DNA of 64,000 nucleotides. It comes from Eledone cirrhosa. Its lineage: Eukaryota. Below, one piece after another: positions 23,861-35,430 of the stretch (positions are counted from its first letter, which is position 1; each line of letters begins with the position of its first letter). Where the stretch lies: positions 317,068,001 to 317,132,000 of the forward strand of contig OZ024740.1 in the NCBI GenBank assembly GCA_964016885.1, given 5' to 3'. The notes under the pieces were generated by a model that had not been told where the DNA came from, did not search any database, and was given only the letters and a program-made list of their open reading frames with translations. The translations under genes were made by a program, and so were the position numbers.

Positions 23861-24254
23861 GAGATATATACACACACACACACACATACATACTTTCAGT
23901 CATACTATAAAACTGGACTATCAGAAACATTTAGTACAAATAAGAATAGTAGATAAGATTTGTACGTGTTCCAGCCGACAGGCTTAGGCCATGCTGGGGC
24001 ACTACCATTGTTGAATATATATTTATATTATTTTTATGAAAATATTTACACAAAATTAATATTGACTTTTGCTATTTAGATTTTAAAGATATGTATTCAG
24101 TTTTGTATATTTATTCAATGTCTCCTTGAAATCAATAACAATCAAAATATATATATATATATACAATCATCATCATCATCATCGTCGTTTAACGTCCATC
24201 TTCCACGCTTGCATAATATTAATAAATGGAAACTATATTTATAAAACCATATTT

Positions 24255-24318
24255 ATTTTATTATACATATTTCAAGGGCCACCAAGGCAAATTATGGTGC
24301 GCTTTCATCAGATAAAAT
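24255..24318 (-). ncRNA. Minimal type I hammerhead ribozyme motif (element ~24218-24490)
   Basis: Minus strand reads AUUUUAU-CUGAUGA-AAG C GCACCA...UGGUGGC C CUU-GAAA-UAUGUA-UA|AUAAAAU, with a perfect 7-bp stem I. Confidence 0.75.
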
Positions 24319-24495
24319 ACAGATTTGTTTTATAAATAAATATTGACATACCCGGAAAAAAAGACAACCTTAACGGTTGGAGCTTTCTGGATAGTGATTA
24401 ATACATTGTGTATTTACTCCCTAACTGTTGAGTGCTTTATATCAGTTATAAACATTTTTAAGCTTGTTGAATCCCAACAAATTAAATATAACCTC

Positions 24496-24532
<37 letters not shown>

Positions 24533-24536
24533 ATAG

Positions 24537-24875
24537 ATGGAGGCACATGGCTTAGTGGTTAGAGCATTGGCCTTGCAATCGAAAGGTTGTGAGTTCAATT
24601 CTCAGACCAGGTGATGTGTTGTTTCCTTGAGCAAGACACTTTATTTCACATTGCTCCAGTTTACTCATCTGTAGAAATGAGATGATAGGGACTGGGGTCC
24701 CTATCATTCCACTGCAAAGTGGTCGTGGAGGTGCCACGGCAAAAAAGCACCCACCACTCACTGTAAATGAGGTTGGTGTTAGGAAGGACATCCAGCTGTA
24801 GAAATCAAGCCAGAATCAGTTCCCGTCCCACCCTTGCAAGCAGGGAAAAGCAGACGTAAAATGAAATGATGATGA

Positions 24876-24878
<3 letters not shown>
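24537..24878 (+). mobile_element. tRNA-derived SINE with V-like centre and RTE tail
   Basis: A and B boxes, CCTTGAGCAAGACACTTTATTTCAC, one 48-bp unit, the RTE tail and a (GAT)n end. Lies between (TA)n runs. Confidence 0.88.
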
Positions 24879-24928
<50 letters not shown>

Positions 24929-24980
24929 TATATACACATGTGTGTAATGTATGTATCTTCTACTATAAATGTGTGTATAT

Positions 24981-27900
24981 CGGACTGCCCGGCACTATAA
25001 AAGACAGATTCTATGAGACACTGATGCTAACTACCTCCCAAATATCCGACAGTGACTATATAATTATCGCAGGCGACCTAAATGGTCACGTTGGACAACA
25101 TTGTGACGGCTACGACAAAATCCATGGAGGCTATGGGTTTGGTACTAGAAATGAGGAAGGCTCCAGAATCCTGGAATTCTGTGATGCAAATAACCTAACT
25201 ATCTGTAACACTAACTTCAAAAAACGTGACAATCACCTGATCACCTATAGATCCGGGGAGCACACAAGCCAGGTAGATTATATCCTTACCAGAAGACGTG
25301 ACAGAGTGTCTGTTGTAAACACTAAATCCCTCCCCCATGAAGAATGCACCTCCCAACATAGACTGATAATTAGCGACCTCATAGTCAGGACGAGACGTAC
25401 TCGACAGCAGAAGAGGACTATCCTCAGGAGAAAAATATGGAAGCTAAAGGACCCCACAGCCAGGAATAAATTTCAAAGCATATTACTTGATGCTTTCGAC
25501 AGTAAGGAAGAACATTTAGAGTCGGACAATATAGAGGGAGAGTGGGAATTTCTGAAAGCAAACCTGCTGTTAGCGACAGACGAAGTCTGTGGCTGGAGCA
25601 GGCCTGTAGGCAGGAGGAGAGTAACATGGTGGTGGAACAGTAAGGTGGAGGGGTCAATTAAGGCCAAAAAGCAGGCTTGGAAAGTATGGCGGGATGGGGG
25701 AAGTAGAGAAGACTATCAAGTGGCCAGGAGGGAAGCTAGGAGACAAGTGTACTTAGCAAGAAGGGAAGCTGAGGAAAGAAAGTTCAAGCATGTTCTACAA
25801 CGCGATGACCAAAAACGTGAGGTGTTCAGGATTGCTAGGCAATGCGTCAAGGAAAACCGTGATATTGTCGGGGAGAAGTGTGTACTAAACGACGATGGCA
25901 CACTTGCCATCACCGACGCTGATAAGAAGGTAGCTTGGAAGTGTCACTATGAAAGGCTACTAAATGAGGAGAATAAATGGGAGAAAGACAGTCTCCCCCA
26001 TATCGACCCAATAGAGGGACCAGCAGTATTAGTCGAGGGGAGTATAATAAGTAAGGCAATCAAGGATATGAAGACGAGTAAGGCGGCTGGGCCTTCGGAA
26101 ATAGTTGCTGAGATGCTGAAGGCATCTGGCACGGTGGGACACACCATGGTCACCCGCATAGTTAACCAAGTCGTACAGAATGGGGTTGTTCCGAAGGACT
26201 GGCATAGCAGCATCATCGTTAACTGTTATAAGGGTAAAGGAGACGCCCTAGATAGGAGCAACTATAGAGGCATTAAATTAATCGACCAGGTCATGAAGGT
26301 CACGGAAAAAGTAATAGCGCAACTAATCAGAGAGAGAATTGACCTAGATGAAATGCAGTTCGGGTTTGTGTCAGGCAAAAGTACCACAGACGCTCTTTTA
26401 ATAGTACGACAACTACAGGAGAAGTACCTAGCTAAAGGTAAACCCCTCTACTTAGCTTTTGTCGACTTGGAGAAAGCCTTCGACAGAGTCCCCCGCTCCA
26501 TTATCTGGTGGGCTCTTAGAAAACTAGGCGTTGACGAATGGCTTGTGAGGGCTATACAAGCCATGTATAAAGAAACAGTCAGCAAGGTTAGAATTAACAA
26601 CGAATATAGTGAAGAGTTTAGCGTAAAAGTTGGCGTCCATCAGGGCTCTGTTCTCAGCCCCCTACTATTTATTATTGCCCTTCAGGCTATAACAGAGGAG
26701 TTCAAGACAGGCTGCCCATGGGAACTCCTATACGCAGACGACCTGATACTCATAGCGGAATCAATGGCCGAGCTAGAGAAGAAATTCCAAACATGGAAGC
26801 ACGGCCTAGAGTCAAAAGGACTTAAAATTAACCTGGCTAAGACCAAAGTACTAGTTTGTAGGAAAGAAAACAAGGCGGCGGTCCCTTCTGGGAAATGGTC
26901 GTGCTCGGTGTGTAGGAAAGGCGTAGGTAGAAACTCCATTTTATGTCCTAAATGCAAAGTATGGGTGCATAAAAGATGTAGTGGGATCACAGGTAAGCTA
27001 ACTAAGAACATAGATTTTACATGTGGCCGGTGTTCTGGTGCAATAAGTAGCAGCAAGTGCCCACAAAATACTAGCTCTTTCAATTGCGCAGAGGGTTCTA
27101 TAGAAATAGTGGACAGCTTCCGTTACCTGGGCGATAAAATCAGCAGTGGGGGAGGGTGCTCTGAAAGTACTGTAGCTAGAGTCAGAACTGGTTGGAAAAA
27201 GTTCAGAGAGCTTATACCACTATTAGCTGCTAAAGGGTTCTCCCTAAAAATGAAAGGCAGGTTGTACGATGCCTGCATACGAACAGCAATGCTGCATGGC
27301 AGTGAGACCTGGGCATTGTGTGCAGAGGATATACGCAGACTAGAGAGGAACGAAGCTTGCATGCTCCGCTGGATGTGTAACAGTAATATACATAAACGGC
27401 AAAGCATAAACGAACTAAGGAAAAAATTAGAGATAAGAGGGATCAGATGTTGTTTACTCGAGAGAAGGCTACGTTGGTATGGACACGTGATGCGCATGAA
27501 AGTCGATAGCTGTATAACAAAGTGCAGGGCAATAAAGATAGACGGTAGTCACGGAATAGGCAGACCTAGAAAAACCTGGGACGAGCTGATAAACTCCGAC
27601 ATCACACACTTACACCTCTCCAAGACAATGTCACTGGACCGAGACCTTTGGCGGTACTCAGTAACAGAGAAGACCCGCCTTACCTAAATATATAGTAAAA
27701 CCTACTCCAGCCAGTAGGCATCTCTAACAAAATACACCCCGTCCCACCCCCACCACCCCCACCCCATCCACACCACCCCGTTCTATGTAAAGTTATGTTG
27801 GTGCCGCGCCATCGAGGCCGAAACAAATGAGATCGTGTAGGTGTCACGACAAAAAAACACACAGTCCACGCTGTAATGTGGCCGTGTAGGCAACACGGTA

Positions 27901-28081
27901 AAAACCTCCCAGACCCACACTGTAAATGTGGTTGGTGTTAGGAAGGGCATCCAACTGTAGAAAACCTGCCAGACAGTCCTATGCGAGCAAGACAATCACT
28001 CTTGCCTCAAGTGGGACTACCCCCGTCCAAACCCATGCAAGCATGGAACACGGACGTTAAACGTTGATGATGATGATGATA
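24981..28081 (+). mobile_element. Young RTE LINE, 5'-truncated inside the endonuclease
   Basis: Homology to the 580 copy begins at CGGACTGCC. The 3' UTR ends GGACGTTAAACGTTGATGATGATG. Microsatellites flank both sides. Confidence 0.97.
24982..27687 (+). CDS. RTE ORF (partial APE endonuclease, reverse transcriptase with YADD, PHD-type C4HC3 finger), 5'-truncated
   Basis: About 900 uninterrupted codons with GDLNGH, VDYIL, DLEKAFD, QGSVLSP, YADD, CSVC..CPKC..H..C..CGRC, FRYLG and GRPRKTW. The first ~14 residues of the track ORF come from flanking sequence. Confidence 0.93.
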   Translation, partial: GLPGTIKDRFYETLMLTTSQISDSDYIIIAGDLNGHVGQHCDGYDKIHGGYGFGTRNEEGSRILEFCDANNLTICNTNFKKRDNHLITYRSGEHTSQVDYILTRRRDRVSVVNTKSLPHEECTSQHRLIISDLIVRTRRTRQQKRTILRRKIWKLKDPTARNKFQSILLDAFDSKEEHLESDNIEGEWEFLKANLLLATDEVCGWSRPVGRRRVTWWWNSKVEGSIKAKKQAWKVWRDGGSREDYQVARREARRQVYLARREAEERKFKHVLQRDDQKREVFRIARQCVKENRDIVGEKCVLNDDGTLAITDADKKVAWKCHYERLLNEENKWEKDSLPHIDPIEGPAVLVEGSIISKAIKDMKTSKAAGPSEIVAEMLKASGTVGHTMVTRIVNQVVQNGVVPKDWHSSIIVNCYKGKGDALDRSNYRGIKLIDQVMKVTEKVIAQLIRERIDLDEMQFGFVSGKSTTDALLIVRQLQEKYLAKGKPLYLAFVDLEKAFDRVPRSIIWWALRKLGVDEWLVRAIQAMYKETVSKVRINNEYSEEFSVKVGVHQGSVLSPLLFIIALQAITEEFKTGCPWELLYADDLILIAESMAELEKKFQTWKHGLESKGLKINLAKTKVLVCRKENKAAVPSGKWSCSVCRKGVGRNSILCPKCKVWVHKRCSGITGKLTKNIDFTCGRCSGAISSSKCPQNTSSFNCAEGSIEIVDSFRYLGDKISSGGGCSESTVARVRTGWKKFRELIPLLAAKGFSLKMKGRLYDACIRTAMLHGSETWALCAEDIRRLERNEACMLRWMCNSNIHKRQSINELRKKLEIRGIRCCLLERRLRWYGHVMRMKVDSCITKCRAIKIDGSHGIGRPRKTWDELINSDITHLHLSKTMSLDRDLWRYSVTEKTRLT

Positions 28082-28094
28082 TGTATATTTATAA

Positions 28095-28125
<31 letters not shown>

Positions 28126-28410
28126 GTATGTGTATGTATATATGTGTATGTATGTGTATGTATATATATATGTGTGTATGTATGTATATATGTGCATGTA
28201 TGTATGTATGTATATATATATGTGTATGTATGTATATATGTGCATGTATGTATATATATATATATGTATATATGTGTATGTATGTATGTATATATATATA
28301 TATATGTATGTATGTATATGTGTGTGTATGTATGTATATATGTATATATGTGTGTGTATGTATGTATATATATGTATACACACATACATATATATGTGTG
28401 TGTGTGTGTG
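28080..28410. repeat. Compound (TA)/(TATG)/(TG) microsatellite
   Basis: Low-complexity run visible directly. Confidence 0.95.
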
Positions 28411-29270
28411 TAGGAGATAATACTGTTACTATGGTCTAAAATCATCTTCAACTTGACTGTTATTTCTGTACCAAGCTGGATTAAGCTATATAGTATCTAT
28501 TTTTAACCAATCAATATTCTCTGTCTCACCTGAATTTCAAGTTCTTTATCATCATACGGATTACGATATAGTATTAAAGGTTTTGTGGTGAAAAAAAAAT
28601 GGTCTATGGCTGTCTTCTTCTGTCTCTTGATAAATTACTGTTGTTTTTCTATTTTATCTTTCGTGGTCTGTTTTCCCCTTTTTTTCAAGCTTCTTTTTTT
28701 AATACATTTGAAACTTATCCAAACTCTTTGTTTCTGAATATTGATTAGTTGTTTTGTATAATTACTTGAAGCAGTTAACAAGTCAAACAGGATTAATTTT
28801 TATATATTATATTTATGATATTTGTGTATTTTGTGGTTTGTAAATGAATACAAAAGTTTAAAATAGAATTTATTTTATAGCTGAGGCTAGCAGAAACTAA
28901 TTTATATTTTAACTACAACTCGGGTGTTAGAATGTAATCTGAAATGAAATGAAATGAAATATTCTGATGTCTTTAGTTATTTATATTGATGCTATTTGTG
29001 ATGAACTAATCCCAATAACTGTTTATTTGATGTTTTCTTCTCTGTGGCAGAGGCCACATTATAAATAGTTCACATATTTATCACAGAGTGTGATTGAACT
29101 ATCATAGGTAGGCGTGTATTGAATTGCTGTTGTCTAACATCTAACATTTGTAGCTGAAGGTCTTAATGTGGAAGAAAGTAATGACTGATTGTAAGAGATC
29201 ATTTATAAGAGAGTGAAGACTGTACGATTGTAAGAGATCATGTGGACTAGATTTATAAGGGAATGAAGAC

Positions 29271-29486
29271 TTAACTCTTTAGCATTTACGTTACTCTATA
29301 TTTACTATTGTATTTCCACAGTAAACACTTTATCTCACATAATGTCGAATCTATGAGATTTTGATATTATTTATTTTGAGAACAATACCTTAACATAAGT
29401 ATGAGTGGCCAGTTACAGCCAGTTTGAATAGAAAGAGGTGAGAGAATTCTGGCCGGATACAGCCAGTTTAAATGCTAAAGGGTTAA
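29271..29486. mobile_element. TTAA-flanked (piggyBac-type) MITE, family B
   Basis: Ends TTAACTCTTTAGCATTTA / TAAATGCTAAAGGGTTAA. Copies at 51572-51771, ~52777-52954 and ~60115-60879. Confidence 0.85.
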
Positions 29487-30074
29487 TGTAGTTTAAATTT
29501 ATAATGGAATGAAGGTTTATGTGTAAGAAACTAATTGTTGATTTATAATGGAAGATATTTTCCTGACATTTGTACATTATGCTATGTACTATACATGCAC
29601 CTTTGATGAGTTGTAGTGCACCTGAGCACTGTACACAATGATTTCATTATATATATATATTTCATTTACTAAAGAAAAGCTGAAAATAAATAATTACTTT
29701 TGCTTTATATTCTAATAAAATTGATTTTTTTTCTTTCACATGTTTATATATTTTTTATATATTTTTATACATTTTAAGTCTATTGTTAGGTTCCGTGATT
29801 GTTTCAAATCACTTAATGATTATCTCATCTACCAAGATAATTAGTAGTTATTAATGTAACCATCATATCAACTAATTTGAGAATCCACCCTGCCTAGTTT
29901 CAGTTATGATGTTCTACTTAACAGCCTTTGCTTACACTCTAAATAACTAAAAACTGTTGTACATTTTGATTACCCACATAAATTGATACAAGATGATGAT
30001 TTTATAACATAATAGATTTTGTTTACTCACTGTGGGTTATAGTATTAACTGTTGACTCTTTTGTTACTATATTT

Positions 30075-30550
30075 CGCAGTCAACACTGCAATGTGGTTTT
30101 TTTGGTGCCAAAACAAAAAGTGCCCAGCCTACACTGTAAAGTGGTTGTGTTGGTGTCACAACTAAAAGTGCCCAACCCACACTGTAAAGTGGTCGTGTTG
30201 AGGACACGACAAAAAGTGCCCAACCCACACTGTAAAGTGGTTGTGTTGGGGACACAACAAAAAGTACCCAGTCCACACTGTAAAGTGGTCATGTAGGTGC
30301 CACAACAAAAAATGCCCAGCCTACACTGTAAAGTGGGTTATGTAGGTGTCATAACAAAAAGTGCCCAGTTCACACTGTAAATGAAGTTGGTATTAGGAAG
30401 GGCATCCGGCTGTAAAAATCAGCCAGAAATGGTTCTGTATGAGCAAGACAAGGTCATCTGATCTGACTTGTCTCAAATGGGACAACTCTTCTAACCCATG
30501 CTAGCGTTGAAAAATGGATGTTAAACGGCTATGATGTTGATGATGATGAT
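30075..30550 (+). mobile_element. RTE-tail element with six to seven 48-bp units
   Basis: ACTGTAAAG recurs at 30133, 30181, 30229 and onward, followed by the RTE tail. Confidence 0.8.
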
Positions 30551-31944
30551 TTCTAATGAAATACACTACCTATGAGTTTCAATTAATTTGGAAAATGACG
30601 TAAAATTTGGAGGAATTCCTGCCGAGGTCAACTTTGCCTTTCACAATTAGCCCTTTCATTATTAAACTGACGTAAGGGCAGTTTATTGACAGTATCGGTA
30701 GAGTATCGGGAAACATGCTTTGTGGTATATAGTTATGACATTTTATGCTCTGAGTACTTTTCCCAGAGGCTTTTGAGCTATAACAATAACTTCTATATTT
30801 TCAGGTGCAATCAACTCTAGACTACTGTATCAATATGTCTTTTTCTCAGATGATAGGGTGTAGTTTGAGGGAAACTGTGGTGCTGTTCCTAGTAGGTTGA
30901 TTAATCACACTCAATAGTGTAACTCAATAATACAAGAAATTATTTTATTACCCAATAACCAGCAGTTGAAAATGTGAATATGTTTTGAGACAATTTACAA
31001 TGAGTCTTAACTTAGTGTTGCACCATGGATAAATACTAGCATAAATCTACTAAGATCAGAAGTTTGTTCTTAAACAGGTCAAATGTTTCATATTTATGAA
31101 TATGTTTTATTTTAATTAGCTTCTTACTCATCACCATCATCATCACCATTGTTTTAACATCCACTTTCCTTGTCGTAATGTGGAAGGAAGAGGTGCTGAA
31201 TTTTAATTACATATTTTCCTGTGTTTTATAAAGTGTCATTGTCGATAAATCTTTTACAGGTTTGAAGTTTTTTACATATAGTTTTGACTATATACCATAC
31301 AGCTAAATTTGCTTCATAGAGTCTGGATTTTTTTTTTTTTTCAGTGCCAGAATATTTTATCCACCAAACAACTGCTTAATCTATAAAAAGCACATGTTTA
31401 TCACCCTCACAGTGGAATACTGTTAACATATTTTAGAAGATATTGCCACCACACACACACATTCTAGACAGCATCCTCCTCAATATCTGACTTCTTTTTT
31501 TTTTATTGCTATTACTGTTATCTTTGCTCTTCAGAACATATTGATTGTGTACCATTTCCAGCCAAATCTGTTTATTGCATTTGTCTTCTGGTTTTCCCTC
31601 TGAGGACTCCATCTGAAGTTCATACAGAATATTAACCAAATTGACGTTACCCAACTGTCTGTATGCTCTAATTTAAGAGGGCATAAAAAGGTTATTATTG
31701 GCACTACCTTAGATTAAATTATATTTTATAAAATGTATTTCCTTTTTTCATATTTGGTCTTAATGGTTGTCTGTCTTGTTATTGAATTTGTCATAATCAT
31801 GATGATCATGATCATTATCAACATAATCATCATCATCATCATTAACATAATCATCATCATGATGATCATCATCACTACATGTGTTCCCCTAATTACAAAC
31901 ATTCAAGTTACAAACAAACCTGTCCGTAAATCTATATTTTGAAT

Positions 31945-34900
31945 ATTACATTGGTTTGAATGTTGACCCACTCCTCAATATCTGACATTAACTACTGAGT
32001 TATCCTATAAACAGAGCTTAGTTGTCTGTTACATTGGTTTGGATGTTGAACCACTCCTCAATATCTGACATTAACTACTGAGTTATCCTATAAACAGAAC
32101 TTAGTTGTTGTCTGTTACATTGGTTTGGATGTTGAACCACTCCTCAATATCTGACATTAACTACTGAGTTATCCTATAAACAGAACTTAGTTGCTGTCTG
32201 TTACATTGGTTTGGATGTTGAACCACTCCTCAATATCTGACATTAACTACTGAGTTATCCTATAAACAGAGCTTAGTTGTCTGTTACATTGGTTTGGATG
32301 TTGAACCACTCCTCAATATCTGACATTAACTACTGAGTTATCCTATAAACAGAACTTAGTTGTTGTCTGTTACATTGGTTTGGATGTTGAACTACTCCTC
32401 AATATCTGACATTAACTACTGAGTTATTCTATAAACAGAACTTAGTTGTCTGTTACATTGGTTTGGATGTTGAACCACTCCTCAATATCTGACTTTAACT
32501 ACTGAGTTATCCTATAAACAGAGCTTAGTTGCTGTCTGTTACATTGGTTTGGATGTTGAACCACTCCTCAATATCTGACATTAACTACTGAGTTATCCTA
32601 TAAACAGAGCTTAGTTGCTGTCTGTTACATTGGTTTGGATGTTGAACCACTCCTCAATATCTGACATTAACTACTGAGTTATCCTATAAACAGAACTTAG
32701 TTGTTGTCTGTTACATTGGTTTGGATGTTGAACAACTCCTCAATATCTGACATTAACTACTGAGTTATCCTATAAACAGAGCTTAGTTGCTGTCTGTTAC
32801 ATTGGTTTGGATGTTGAACCACTCCTCAATATCTGACATTAACTACTGAGTTATCCTATAAACAGAACTTAGTTGTCTGTTACATTGGTTTGGATGTTGA
32901 ACCACTCCTCAATATCTGACATTAACTACTGAGTTATCCTATAAACAGAACTTAGTTGTTGTCTGTTACATTGGTTTGGATGTTGAACCACTCCTCAATA
33001 TCTGACATTAACTACTGAGTTATCCTATAAACAGAACTTAGTTGTTGTCTGTTACATTGGTTTGGATGTTGAACCACTCCTCAATATCTGACATTAACTA
33101 CTGAGTTATCCTATAAACAGAACTTAGTTGTTGTCTGTTACATTGGTTTGGATGTTGAACTACTCCTCAATATCTGACATTAACTACTGAGTTATCCTAT
33201 AAACAGAACTTAGTTGTTGTCTGTTACATTGGTTTGGATGTTGAACAACTCCTCAATATCTGACATTAACTACTGGGTTATCCTATAAACAGAACTTAGT
33301 TGTTGTCTGTTACATTGGTTTGGATGTTGAACTACTCCTCAATATCTGACATTAACTACTGAGTTATCCTATAAACAGAACTTAGTTGTTGTCTGTTACA
33401 TTGGTTTGGATGTTGAACCACTCCTCAATATCTGACATTAACTACTGAGTTATCCTATAAACAGAACTTAGTTGTTGTCTGTTACATTGGTTTGGATGTT
33501 GAACTACTCCTCAATATCTGACATTAACTACTGAGTTATCCTATAAACAGAACTTAGTTGTTGTCTGTTACATTGGTTTGGATGTTGAACCACTCCTCAA
33601 TATCTGACATTAACTACTGAGTTATCCTATAAACAGAACTTAGTTGTTGTCTGTTACATTGGTTTGGATGTTGAACTACTCCTCAATATCTGACATTAAC
33701 TACTGAGTTATCCTATAAACAGAACTTAGTTGTTGTCTGTTACATTGGTTTGGATGTTGAACCACTCCTCAATATCTGACATTAACTACTGAGTTATCCT
33801 ATAAACAGAGCTTAGTTGTTGTCTGTTACATTGGTTTGGATGTTGAACCACTCCTCAATATCTGACATTAACTACTGAGTTATCCTATAAACAGAGCTTA
33901 GTTGTCTGTTACATTGGTTTGGATGTTGAACCACTCCTCAATATCTGACATTAACTACTGAGTTATCCTATAAACAGAACTTAGTTGTTGTCTGTTACAT
34001 TGGTTTGGATGTTGAACCACTCCTCAATATCTGACATTAACTACTGAGTTATCCTATAAACAGAGCTTAGTTGTTGTCTGTTACATTGGTTTGGATGTTG
34101 AACTACTCCTCAATATCTGACATTAACTACTGAGTTATCCTATAAACAGAACTTAGTTGTTGTCTGTTACATTGGTTTGGATGTTGAACCACTCCTCAAT
34201 ATCTGACATTAACTACTGAGTTATCCTATAAACAGAACTTAATTGTTGTCTGTTACATTGGTTTGGATGTTGAACTACTCCTCAATATCTGACATTAACT
34301 ACTGAGTTATCCTATAAACAGAACTTAGTTGTTGTCTGTTACATTGGTTTGGATGTTGAACCACTCCTCAATATCTGACATTAACTACTGAGTTATCCTA
34401 TAAACAGAACTTAGTTGTTGTCTGTTACATTGGTTTGGATGTTGAACCACTCCTCAATATCTGACATTAACTACTGAGTTATCCTATAAACAGAGCTTAG
34501 TTGTTGTCTGTTACATTGGTTTGGATGTTGACCCACTCCTCAATATCTGACATTAACTACTGAGTTATCCTATAAACAGAACTTAGTTGTTGTCTGTTAC
34601 ATTGGTTTGGATGTTCAACTACACCTCAATATCTCACATTAACTACTGAGTTATCCTATAAACAGAACTTAGTTGTTGTCTGTTACATTGGTTTGGAGGT
34701 TCAACTACACCTCAATATCTCACATTAACTACTGAGTTATCCTATAAACAGAGCTTAGTTGTCTGTTACATTGGTTTGGAGGTTCAACTACACCTCAATA
34801 TCTCACATTAACTACTGAGTTATCCTATAAACAGAACTTAGTTGTTGTCTGTTACATTTGTTTGGAGGTTCAACTACACCTCAATATCTCACATTAACTA

Positions 34901-35020
34901 CTGAGTTATCCTATAAACAGAACTTAGTTGTTGTCTGTTACATTTGTTTGGAGGTTCAACTACACCTCAATATCTCACATTAACTACTGAGTTATCCTAT
35001 AAACACAGCACAGTTGTTGT
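31945..35020 (+). repeat. 83/86-bp tandem satellite, ~36 units
   Basis: Unit GTCTGTTACATTGGTTTGGATGTTGAACCACTCCTCAATATCTGACATTAACTACTGAGTTATCCTATAAACAGAACTTAGTTGTT. Length varies by one GTT. Confidence 0.97.
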
Positions 35021-35099
35021 CTCTCTGTGACATCACTACTATTCATAGTTATTTGTGCTTTTTATAAATACTCAACCACCTCAACTTATCTTTTCACAA

Positions 35100-35430
35100 T
35101 TACACTGGAAAAGCACCAAGGTGTCCATTAGGAAGTGAATTTGAAATAGATGAGAAAATGATAAACATAGCAGGTGCACATTAATGGTTCGTTTTACTGT
35201 TACAATAATTTTATAACATAAAAATCACATTATGCAATATGTGGAAGGTTTTGTGTCAATACATTCTACAATAATTGCCATTAATATCTCAAGCCATTCC
35301 GATCTTCTGTTTCTCTGACTCTGATATCGTTCCAGCTCCGCCATAATCACCAAACTTTTACTAATTCCAAAATTCCTGCAAGCAACATCAGTGTCACAAT
35401 GTGGTAAAAATATATAAAGTAGAAAGGATG
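35100..35430 (-). mobile_element. Possible decayed pogo/Tigger transposase N-terminus
   Basis: DVACRNFGISKSLV and RRSEWLEIL..I.E.I loosely resemble HTH and CENP-B-type motifs. Weak. Confidence 0.3.

Noticed and set aside
23892-23930. Minus-strand CTGAT-AGTC...GACT-GAAAG
   Set aside because: The core lacks two nucleotides and there is no stem I. Too weak.
24541-24612. Functional tRNA gene
   Set aside because: A and B boxes are present but there is no closed acceptor stem, and the sequence continues into a SINE body found in several copies.
28057-28451. Multiple 90-120 aa ORFs (also at 43810-44964 and 47283-48318)
   Set aside because: They are translations of TA/CA/TATG microsatellites.
31945-35020. 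CRISPR-like regular array
   Set aside because: Units are contiguous near-identical repeats with no unique spacers, there are no cas genes, and the context is eukaryotic.
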